Source: Halogeometricum borinquense DSM 11551 (GTDB taxonomy: Archaea > Halobacteriota > Halobacteria > Halobacteriales > Haloferacaceae). From it: a DNA stretch of 32,000 bases. This document shows, piece after piece, positions 25,312 through 31,952 of this stretch. The stretch is from assembly GCF_000172995.2 (NCBI RefSeq), contig NC_014729.1:120001-152000 (forward strand), in the 5' to 3' direction. Each line of letters opens with the position of its first letter. Positions within the stretch are counted from its first letter, which is position 1. The notes beneath the pieces are model-generated. The model saw nothing but the letters and a program-made list of their open reading frames with translations, was not told where the DNA came from and ran no database searches. The position numbers and the translations under genes were made by a program.

Positions 25312-26447
25312 TGGCGGCGGATCTTCTCGAACTCGGACAACTGTTCGTCGTTGTCGCCGTCACCGGCGCGATCGCGCTCCGCGTGGGCCTCTCAGTCATC
25401 CCTCTGTACGTCATCGGCGGCGTTCTCGCAGGACCGTTCGTCGCCGGGCGACTCGGATTGCCGTACGTCGAGAACGGTGAGGTGGTGACGCTGTTCGCGG
25501 AGGTAGGCATCGTCCTGCTCCTCTTTTTCCTCGGCCTAGAGTTCAGCCTCGACCGACTGCTCGAATCGCGTACCCGAATCACGCGCTCGGGCGTCGCCGA
25601 CATCGCGGTGAACCTCCCAATCGGGATTGGTATCGGTCTCCTTCTCGGATGGTCGGTCGTCGAGTCGTTGCTCCTCGGTGGCATCGTCTACATCTCTTCG
25701 AGCGCCATTATCACGAAATCGCTCATCGATCTCGGATGGATTGCAGATCCGGAAGCAGAGCCGCTGTTAGGAACACTCGTGTTCGAGGACCTGTTCATCG
25801 CGGTCTATCTCGCCGTCGTTACCTCGCTGGTCCTCGGTGGTGACGGAATCGGGAGCATCGGCCGGTCGCTGGCTGTCGCGTTCGGCTTTCTCGGTATTCT
25901 CCTCGTCGCCGTCCAGTACGGGAATCGGCTGTTCGCGCGTGTCCTCGACGTGTCCGGCCAGGAAGCGTTCGTCCTGCGGACGCTGGCCGTCGTCGTCCCT
26001 ATCGCGGGTGCGGCGCTGGCACTCGGCGTCAGCGAGGCCGTTGCGGCGTTCTTCGTCGGGATGGGCTTCGCTACGAGCGGCCATCGTGAGAAGATAGAGC
26101 ATCTGCTGACACCCGTCCGCGACGTGTTCGGCGCGGTGTTTTTCTTCTGGATCGGCGTCGGAACCGACCCGACTCTCATCGGAGCAGCGGCCGTACCGCT
26201 CGTGCTTGCGGTGGTGCTGACGACGCCCGCGAAAGTCGTCTCGGGCTACCTCGGCGGCCGCGTCTACGACCTCTCGAAGCGCCGATCCCTCCGAGTTGGC
26301 GTCGGGATGGTGCCCCGCGGTGAGTTCTCCTTGGTCATCGCCGCACTCGCCGCGAGCGGAACGACACCCATCATGCGCGAGGTGATTCCCGCCTTCGCCG
26401 TCGGCTACGTCCTCGTGATGAGCGCCATTGGGACGGTGCTCATGTAG
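25311..26447 (+). CDS. cation:proton antiporter (CPA2 family, KhtU/Kef-like membrane subunit)
   Basis: 378-aa polytopic ORF with Na+/H+-exchanger family features (LFAEVGIVLLLFFLGLEFSL, GFATSG, VPRGEFSLVIA). Its ATG overlaps the KhtT-like stop by 1 nt (TGATG). Confidence 0.9.
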   Translation: MAADLLELGQLFVVVAVTGAIALRVGLSVIPLYVIGGVLAGPFVAGRLGLPYVENGEVVTLFAEVGIVLLLFFLGLEFSLDRLLESRTRITRSGVADIAVNLPIGIGIGLLLGWSVVESLLLGGIVYISSSAIITKSLIDLGWIADPEAEPLLGTLVFEDLFIAVYLAVVTSLVLGGDGIGSIGRSLAVAFGFLGILLVAVQYGNRLFARVLDVSGQEAFVLRTLAVVVPIAGAALALGVSEAVAAFFVGMGFATSGHREKIEHLLTPVRDVFGAVFFFWIGVGTDPTLIGAAAVPLVLAVVLTTPAKVVSGYLGGRVYDLSKRRSLRVGVGMVPRGEFSLVIAALAASGTTPIMREVIPAFAVGYVLVMSAIGTVLM

Positions 26448-26468
26448 CGCTCCGCAGCTGTGGAGCGC
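26447..26468. terminator. GC-rich hairpin between convergent genes (possible bidirectional terminator or stabiliser)
   Basis: A perfect 7-bp stem GCGCTCC/GGAGCGC (26447-26453 with 26462-26468) with an 8-nt loop starts in the antiporter stop codon. Archaeal termination does not require hairpins, so the functional call is weak. Confidence 0.25.
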
Positions 26469-26535
26469 CTCGTATTCCGCGGCGCTGAGGAAACAGAACC
26501 GATGGGTGGCTAGTCGCCCCCGATTCGGTTGGGCG

Positions 26536-28374
26536 TTAATTGGCCATCGCGTCAGCAGTACACTGGAACTGGATGTCGAACAGATCCTGTACCTGGATTC
26601 GCTCTTTCGGACCGAGGTTGTCGAAGTCGGCACCGTACCGTTGCCGAGCGATCTCTTCGCGCGTGAGGACATGTTCGGGCGCAAAGCTGTCGGAGAACGG
26701 CTGGCGGTTGTATATCTCTTGCACTTGGCCTGTCGTTTCAGTGCTGAGTGCAGCGAAGTCGTAGCCGTACTTCGCCTGCGAGATTTCGTCGCGGGTATAC
26801 GTGCTGTTCTGCTCCACCGAGCAGGCGAACTGCTCGTGGTATGTGTTTTCGATCTCGATGATTTGCTCTCGGTTCACGTTTTTGAGTCGCTTGTCGTACT
26901 GTTGCCGAGCGATTTCCTCGCGCGTCAGAACGTCCGTCACATTCCGTTGTCCCGCGAACGGCTGGCGGTTGTATATCTCTTCGACTTGACCGGTTGTTTC
27001 GGCGCTGAGCGCAGCGAAGTCGTAGCCGTACTTCGCCTGCGAGATTTCGTCGCGGGTCAATCGCTCCTCGTCTGGGACCTCGCGTTCGATTGGGAATCCA
27101 ATCGTGACGTTCTGATTAACGGTCACGCGTACTTTCGTTCCGTTTTTACCCTCGAACACTTGCGACTGAAGGTTTCGTTCAGTAGTGACAAGTTCTCCGA
27201 GCGGGATTCCCAACTGATCGAGAAGACGGGCAGTGTCTTCTGCAGTGAAATTAGCACCGGAATCCGGACCCGGTATCGCTTGCGTTCCATTGGCATCTTC
27301 GTTGTACTGGAGGCTGATGGCGACCTGCGTCACGCCAGCGTTGTTGACGTTTATCGCCGAGGAGTTGTTGCCGGTCGCCAGCGCGTTCTGATTGACGAGT
27401 ACGAGGTTTTGTGCAGTGTTATTCCCGGAGGTGCCGTTAGCACCTCGGTTGTACTGGAGGCTGATGGCGACCTGTGTCACGCCGGCGTTGTTGACGTTTA
27501 CGATCACGGTGTTGTTCGCACCGGTGGCCGCGTTCTGTGCAACGACACCTACGTTTTCACCGCGGTTCGAATTCGGCGATGATCCTGGCGATTCATCGTT
27601 CGTTGCCGCCGTGTCACTGGCGGCGTCAGCGTTCGACTGACCCGTCTCGGTGGAGGACCCACTCGATTCGTTAGACGGCTCTGTTTCGTTAGATGGGCCT
27701 GTCTCGGTGGAGGGTTCTGTTTCGTTAGACGGTTCTGTCTCGTTCGACGACTCTGTCTCAGTGGTTGGCTCTGTCTCGTTCGACGACTCTGTCTCAGTGG
27801 TTGGCTCTGTCTCGTTGGATGACTCTGTCTCGTTCGACGACTCTGTCTCAGTGGCTGGTTCTGTCTCGTTTGAGGAGTCATTCGATCCGTTAGCTGACTC
27901 TGTCTCGTTCGACGACTCTGTCTCAGTGGTTGGTTCTGTCTCGTTTGAGGAGTCATTCGATCCGTTAGCTGGCTCTGTCTCGTTGGACGTTCCCGTCTCG
28001 GTGGGGCCAGCTTCATTGGATGGATCACTTGAAACAGCGGATGACTCCGTCTCGTTGGGGGCAGTCTCATTAGATGACTCCGTCTCGTTAGACGCTCCTG
28101 TCGCGTTTGATGACTCACCCGGCTCCGTGGATGATGTCCCAGCCTCACTGGATGGCTCCGTTTCGTTGAGGCCGGTCTCGTTAGATGACGCTGTCTCGTT
28201 GGGTGTCTCTGTCTCGTTGGATGACTGCATCTCCGTGGATGCCCCGGCCCCGGTGGACGGCTGGGTTGCTTGCTCGACCGACATCATCGGAGCCGCATCG
28301 ATACCGACGACACCGAGACTCGAAGCGCCCAGAAAGAGCATCACCAGAACAATAGTGAGCAGTTTCCGTGTCAT
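26536..28374 (-). CDS. secreted, probably heavily N-glycosylated repeat protein of unknown family (612 aa)
   Basis: The ATG at 28374 is preceded by GGTGGA 2 nt upstream. A Sec-type signal peptide (MTRKLLTIVLVMLFLGASSLGVVG) is followed by a 196-aa S/N/E/T low-complexity region, 2 x 49-aa N/Q-rich repeats and 2 x 87-aa C-terminal repeats. The reading frame stays open through highly repetitive DNA. The plus-strand ORFs 26428-27582 and 27650-28417 are shadows of it. Confidence 0.8.
   Translation of the reverse strand: MTRKLLTIVLVMLFLGASSLGVVGIDAAPMMSVEQATQPSTGAGASTEMQSSNETETPNETASSNETGLNETEPSSEAGTSSTEPGESSNATGASNETESSNETAPNETESSAVSSDPSNEAGPTETGTSNETEPANGSNDSSNETEPTTETESSNETESANGSNDSSNETEPATETESSNETESSNETEPTTETESSNETEPTTETESSNETEPSNETEPSTETGPSNETEPSNESSGSSTETGQSNADAASDTAATNDESPGSSPNSNRGENVGVVAQNAATGANNTVIVNVNNAGVTQVAISLQYNRGANGTSGNNTAQNLVLVNQNALATGNNSSAINVNNAGVTQVAISLQYNEDANGTQAIPGPDSGANFTAEDTARLLDQLGIPLGELVTTERNLQSQVFEGKNGTKVRVTVNQNVTIGFPIEREVPDEERLTRDEISQAKYGYDFAALSAETTGQVEEIYNRQPFAGQRNVTDVLTREEIARQQYDKRLKNVNREQIIEIENTYHEQFACSVEQNSTYTRDEISQAKYGYDFAALSTETTGQVQEIYNRQPFSDSFAPEHVLTREEIARQRYGADFDNLGPKERIQVQDLFDIQFQCTADAMAN
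26698..27062 (-). repeat. intragenic 261-nt (87-aa) duplication including a 46-nt perfect match
   Basis: 26751-26796 and 27012-27057 are identical (CAGCGAAGTCGTAGCCGTACTTCGCCTGCGAGATTTCGTCGCGGGT). The flanks are similar but diverged. Confidence 0.9.
27266..27561 (-). repeat. intragenic 147-nt (49-aa) duplication encoding the N/Q-rich unit
   Basis: GTTGTACTGGAGGCTGATGGCGACCTG.GTCACGCC.GCGTTGTTGACGTTTA occurs at 27301 and 27448. Both copies encode the identical 17-aa core NVNNAGVTQVAISLQYN. Confidence 0.9.
27690..27990 (-). repeat. imperfect coding tandem repeats with 36-nt and 75-nt periods (S-S-N-E-T-E-P-T-T-E-T-E units)
   Basis: The unit TCTGTCTCGTTCGACGACTCTGTCTCAGTGGTTGG starts at 27734, 27770 and 27806 (the third copy is diverged). 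TGAGGAGTCATTCGATCCGTTAGCTG recurs at 27871 and 27946. Confidence 0.9.
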
Positions 28375-28496
28375 CGTCCACCGGATGTCTTCGCGGGGAT
28401 TGCCCGCCTCTCCGTGAACTGTCGCATCCATTCACGGCGTGTCGGGGACCACGATGTGCTCTCGATCATACAGATTCAATAGAGAATTACACAAGA

Positions 28497-28504
28497 ATCT
28501 GATA
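28497..28504 (+). promoter_or_regulatory. ATCTGATA motif copy 1
   Basis: Exact 8-mer in the context GAATCTGATATAG, 123 bp upstream of the secreted-protein start (28374) and about 500 bp upstream of argG. Confidence 0.3.
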
Positions 28505-28594
28505 TAGTAAGTCACTGTTAATTCAGCGAGTAATAGAGGTAGTAACCGCGTTATTCCCCGCAAAACCGAAAGTGGCCTGAACAGACAGTTCGGT

Positions 28595-28626
28595 TATCTG
28601 ATATTGGAATCGGCGGCAATCAGATA
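28595..28626 (+). promoter_or_regulatory. ATCTGATA motif copy 2 within an 8-bp inverted repeat (TATCTGAT N16 ATCAGATA)
   Basis: TATCTGAT at 28595-28602 (ATCTGATA at 28596-28603) is perfectly complementary to ATCAGATA at 28619-28626. Confidence 0.3.
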
Positions 28627-28972
28627 CGCAGGCAGTCGCAGACACTCCCGGTAGACGAAGGCTACAGCGGGGAGCGTCGGACGGCAAACGTTGCACCGCC
28701 GAAAGCCTTTAATAGACAGTACTCGCTTTGATTCCCTGATGACGCGGTTCCCACCAGTCGCTATCCGCGACACCTCGGGAGCCGCGGCTTCGGGCGTTTC
28801 AGCGTCCGAAACGACGATTTCTCTTCCAGCGCGCGACACGAGCGCGCGACGACGACGACCGGCCCTTTAGGGCCAACTATACTACACTTTCGACGGATTA
28901 TCGGACTCACTCCAAAGCTCTTAGCTTGCGTATAGACATCTCTACCCCTTAATTTCTCTATTTAACACCGTG

Positions 28973-28982
28973 TAATTTATTA
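28973..28982 (+). promoter_or_regulatory. TATA box of argG
   Basis: TAATTTATTA is centred about 30 nt upstream of the ATG at 29008. Confidence 0.5.
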
Positions 28983-29007
28983 GCCCCGGACAGCGACAGA
29001 GAAGTAC

Positions 29008-30243
29008 ATGACAAGCGTGGCACTCGCGTTCAGTGGCGGATTGGACACAACAGTTTGCGTCTCACTACTACAGGAAGAGTACGGATACGACGAAGTGGTT
29101 GGCGTCACCGTAGACGTCGGCCAACCGGAATCGGAGTTCGAGGAGGCCAAGGAGACGGCCGACGCGCACGGACTGGACATCCACGTCGTGGACGCCAAAG
29201 ACGAGTTCGCGGAACTCTGTTTTGACTCGGTTCGCGCGAACGCGACGTACCAAGGCTACCCACTCGGGACGGCGCTCGCACGCCCGGTGATCGCAGAGGC
29301 CATTCTCGAAGTCGCACAGGAAGAAGGCTGTGACGCCCTCGCGCACGGCTGTACCGGAAAAGGGAACGATCAACTCCGCTTCGAGGCCGTCTGGCGTGCC
29401 TCAGATCTCGACGTTATCGCCCCCGTCCGTGAGATGGGCCTGACTCGCGAGTGGGAAAAGCAGTACGCCGACGAGAAGAACCTCCCCGTGCAAGCGGGTA
29501 ACGACGGCGTCTGGTCCATCGACACGAACCTCTGGAGCCGTTCCGTCGAGGGCGGCGACCTCGAAAAACCGGGACACGTCCCGTCAGAGGACATCTACGA
29601 GTGGACCGAACAACCCGGAAGCGAGACGGAGTGTATCGAAATCACGTTCGAGGAGGGCTACCCGGTTGCCCTTGACGGCGAGGAGATGGAACCCGTCGAA
29701 CTCATCGAGACGCTGAACGAACTCGCCGGGCAGTACGGTGTCGGGCGCACGGATATGATGGAAGACCGTATGCTCGGACTGAAGGTACGCGAAAACTACG
29801 AGCATCCGGCGGCGACGACGCTCCTAAACGCACACGAGTCACTTGAAGGGCTCGTCCTCACGAAAGACGAACGCGACTTCAAGACCACCGTGGACAACGA
29901 GTGGGCGCAGAAGGGCTACGAAGGTCTCGTGGAGGCACCGCTGATGGCGGCGCTCGACGGCTTCATCGAGCAAACGCAAACGAAGGTGACCGGCACGGTA
30001 ACGATCAAATTCGAAGGCGGGCAGGCCCGTCCGGTCGGCCGCGAGTCCGAGTACGCCGCCTACTCCGAGTCGGCCGCCTCGTTCAACACCGAAACCGTAG
30101 ACGGGATCACCCAAGAGGACGCCACCGGCGTCGCCAAGTACCACGGCTTCCAGACGCGCATCGCCAACGCGGCGTTCGAGTCCGCACAGAAGGAAGCGCC
30201 CGAACTCGCCACTGACGGCGGCGTGAGCAACGACGGACAGTAA
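29008..30243 (+). CDS. argG: argininosuccinate synthase
   Basis: ALAFSGGLDTTV (ATP pyrophosphatase P-loop), ALAHGCTGKGNDQLRFE, SIDTNLWSRS and MEDRMLGLKVRENYE are argG hallmarks. Confidence 0.96.
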   Translation: MTSVALAFSGGLDTTVCVSLLQEEYGYDEVVGVTVDVGQPESEFEEAKETADAHGLDIHVVDAKDEFAELCFDSVRANATYQGYPLGTALARPVIAEAILEVAQEEGCDALAHGCTGKGNDQLRFEAVWRASDLDVIAPVREMGLTREWEKQYADEKNLPVQAGNDGVWSIDTNLWSRSVEGGDLEKPGHVPSEDIYEWTEQPGSETECIEITFEEGYPVALDGEEMEPVELIETLNELAGQYGVGRTDMMEDRMLGLKVRENYEHPAATTLLNAHESLEGLVLTKDERDFKTTVDNEWAQKGYEGLVEAPLMAALDGFIEQTQTKVTGTVTIKFEGGQARPVGRESEYAAYSESAASFNTETVDGITQEDATGVAKYHGFQTRIANAAFESAQKEAPELATDGGVSNDGQ

Positions 30244-30246
30244 ACG

Positions 30247-31716
30247 ATGAACGAGGAGGGAGGAGACGAAGGCGTGGTTCGCCGCGACCGCTTCAGCGGC
30301 GGCCCCGCCCGCGGCTTCATGTCGAGCCTTGCGGCTGATGAGCGCATCTTCGCCGCCGACGTGGCGGTTGATCGCGCGCACGTGGTGATGCTTGAAGAGC
30401 AGGAAATCGTCGAGTCCGACGTAGCCGCGGAGATTCTGGCCGCCCTCGACGACGTCGAGAGCGAGGGCCACGCCGCACTCCCCGAGGGTGAGGACGTTCA
30501 CGAGGCTATCGAAACGGCCGTCGTCGAACAGGTCGGTCCCGACGGCGGGAAGATGCACACTGCACGCAGTCGCAACGACGAAGTGGCGACGTGTATCCGC
30601 TACCGCCTGCGCGAAGACCTCCTCGACGCTATCGAGGCGACACTCGCACTCCGCGAGGCTCTCGTTGATGCCGCCGAAGCGGAGGTAGAGACAGTGATGC
30701 CGGGCTACACGCACCTGCAACCCGCCCAACCCACCACCGTCGCACACTATCTGCTCTCGTACGAAGCGGCGTTCGCCCGCGACACCGCCCGTCTCCTCGA
30801 CGCCTACGACCGGACGAACCAGTCGCCCCTCGGGGCGGCCGCGTTCGCCGGGACGCCGTTCGACATCGACAGAGAGCGGACGGCAGAACTGCTCGGTTTC
30901 GACGGCGTCCTCCGCAACTCGATGGATGCCTCGTCGGCGCGCGACTTCCTTCTCGAATCGGTGTCGGCGCTTGCGACGCACGCGACGACACTTTCGGGAT
31001 TAGCGGAGGATTTGGTCATCTTCTCGAACAAGGGGTTCGTGGAGCTATCGGACGACTACGCCTCTACCTCCTCGATCATGCCGCAGAAGGTGAATCCGGA
31101 CACGCTCGAACTCGTCCGTGCAACCGCGGGCGACGCGGCGTCCGGACTCTCCGGACTGCTGACGACGTTGAAGGGACTTCCGCGCGCGTACAACCGCGAC
31201 CTCCAGCGTGCGACGCCGCACGCATGGGATGCAGTCGATTCGGTGTCCGAGGCGACAGCCGTCGTCGCCGGTGCGGTGTCGTCGGCGTCGTGGCCGGAGG
31301 AGACACTTGAGTCGGCCGCAGGCGACGGCTTCTCGACGGCGACGGGCGTCGCCGACGCACTGGCGATGGCCGGACTGCCGTTCCGCACGGCGCACGAAGT
31401 CGTCGCGGCCGCCGCCGAACGCGCCGAGGGGACGCCCGACCTCGCAACACTTGACGCATCCGCGGAAGAGGTATTAGATGCGTCCCTCTTCGAGTATGTG
31501 AGCCGTGCGGACGTACAGCAGACGCTCGACCCAACCCACAGCGTCGAGAGCCGTGACTCCACAGGTGGTCCCGCACCCGCCGCAGTCACAGCGCAACTCG
31601 ACGAAGCGACGGTCGAACTCAACGACCACCGCACGGAACTGAACACACGCACTGACGCGCTCGAATCGGCGACCGAGAAACTAGCGGCGGAAGTAGCGGT
31701 GATTACTCGTGACTGA
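30247..31716 (+). CDS. argH: argininosuccinate lyase
   Basis: HTARSRNDEV and MPGYTHLQPAQPTT are present, along with the fumarate-lyase signature SSIMPQKVNPD. The start lies 3 nt after the argG stop. Confidence 0.96.
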   Translation: MNEEGGDEGVVRRDRFSGGPARGFMSSLAADERIFAADVAVDRAHVVMLEEQEIVESDVAAEILAALDDVESEGHAALPEGEDVHEAIETAVVEQVGPDGGKMHTARSRNDEVATCIRYRLREDLLDAIEATLALREALVDAAEAEVETVMPGYTHLQPAQPTTVAHYLLSYEAAFARDTARLLDAYDRTNQSPLGAAAFAGTPFDIDRERTAELLGFDGVLRNSMDASSARDFLLESVSALATHATTLSGLAEDLVIFSNKGFVELSDDYASTSSIMPQKVNPDTLELVRATAGDAASGLSGLLTTLKGLPRAYNRDLQRATPHAWDAVDSVSEATAVVAGAVSSASWPEETLESAAGDGFSTATGVADALAMAGLPFRTAHEVVAAAAERAEGTPDLATLDASAEEVLDASLFEYVSRADVQQTLDPTHSVESRDSTGGPAPAAVTAQLDEATVELNDHRTELNTRTDALESATEKLAAEVAVITRD

Positions 31717-31820
31717 AACGGATACGACGCAGACCGCCACGCACTGCATCGATCAGACGCCAGTTCGACCAGTCCCGCGACCGCCGCGACGACCGTCCCC
31801 GTCTGGGGACAAATAACATA

Positions 31821-31841
31821 TGAAATCTGATACTGATTTCA
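31821..31841 (+). promoter_or_regulatory. AT-rich 7-bp inverted repeat (TGAAATC N7 GATTTCA) containing ATCTGATA motif copy 3
   Basis: 31821-31827 pairs with 31835-31841. ATCTGATA is at 31825-31832. The element lies about 125 nt upstream of the putative lysW ATG. Confidence 0.3.
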
Positions 31842-31900
31842 CACGGCCGGTTTGTTCGACCCAATAAGCACCGTTAGACCCCTCTCTGTTTACTTAATTT

Positions 31901-31908
31901 ATCTGATA
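31901..31908 (+). promoter_or_regulatory. ATCTGATA motif copy 4
   Basis: Exact 8-mer in the context AATTTATCTGATAAG, 45-52 nt upstream of the ATG at 31953 and just upstream of the TATA-like element. Confidence 0.3.
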
Positions 31909-31917
31909 AGTTCGGTG

Positions 31918-31925
31918 GATTTAAG
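31918..31925 (+). promoter_or_regulatory. TATA-like element of the downstream (lysW-like) gene
   Basis: GATTTAAG is centred about 31 nt upstream of the ATG at 31953. Confidence 0.4.
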
Positions 31926-31952
31926 TCTCTTCCTCGCCGAGCGGAGAGTACA

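Noticed and set aside
27690-27990. Regularly spaced short DNA repeats that could look like a CRISPR array
   Set aside because: The repeats are contiguous tandem units (36/75 nt) with no unique spacers. They lie inside an open reading frame, encode in-frame SSNETE-type peptide repeats, and there are no cas genes nearby.
26428-28417. Plus-strand ORFs 26428-27582 (384 aa) and 27650-28417 (255 aa, DSVS repeats) opposite the secreted repeat protein
   Set aside because: They are mirror images of the repeat-encoding minus strand. The minus-strand product has a proper signal peptide, an SD-like GGTGGA, acidic composition and a single continuous frame. The plus-strand products lack a plausible start context and are split in two.
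28594-28839. 81-aa minus-strand ORF in the argG upstream region
   Set aside because: The composition is basic and Cys-containing, there is no TATA or SD context, and it overlaps the inverted repeat and motif copies. It is more likely regulatory DNA.
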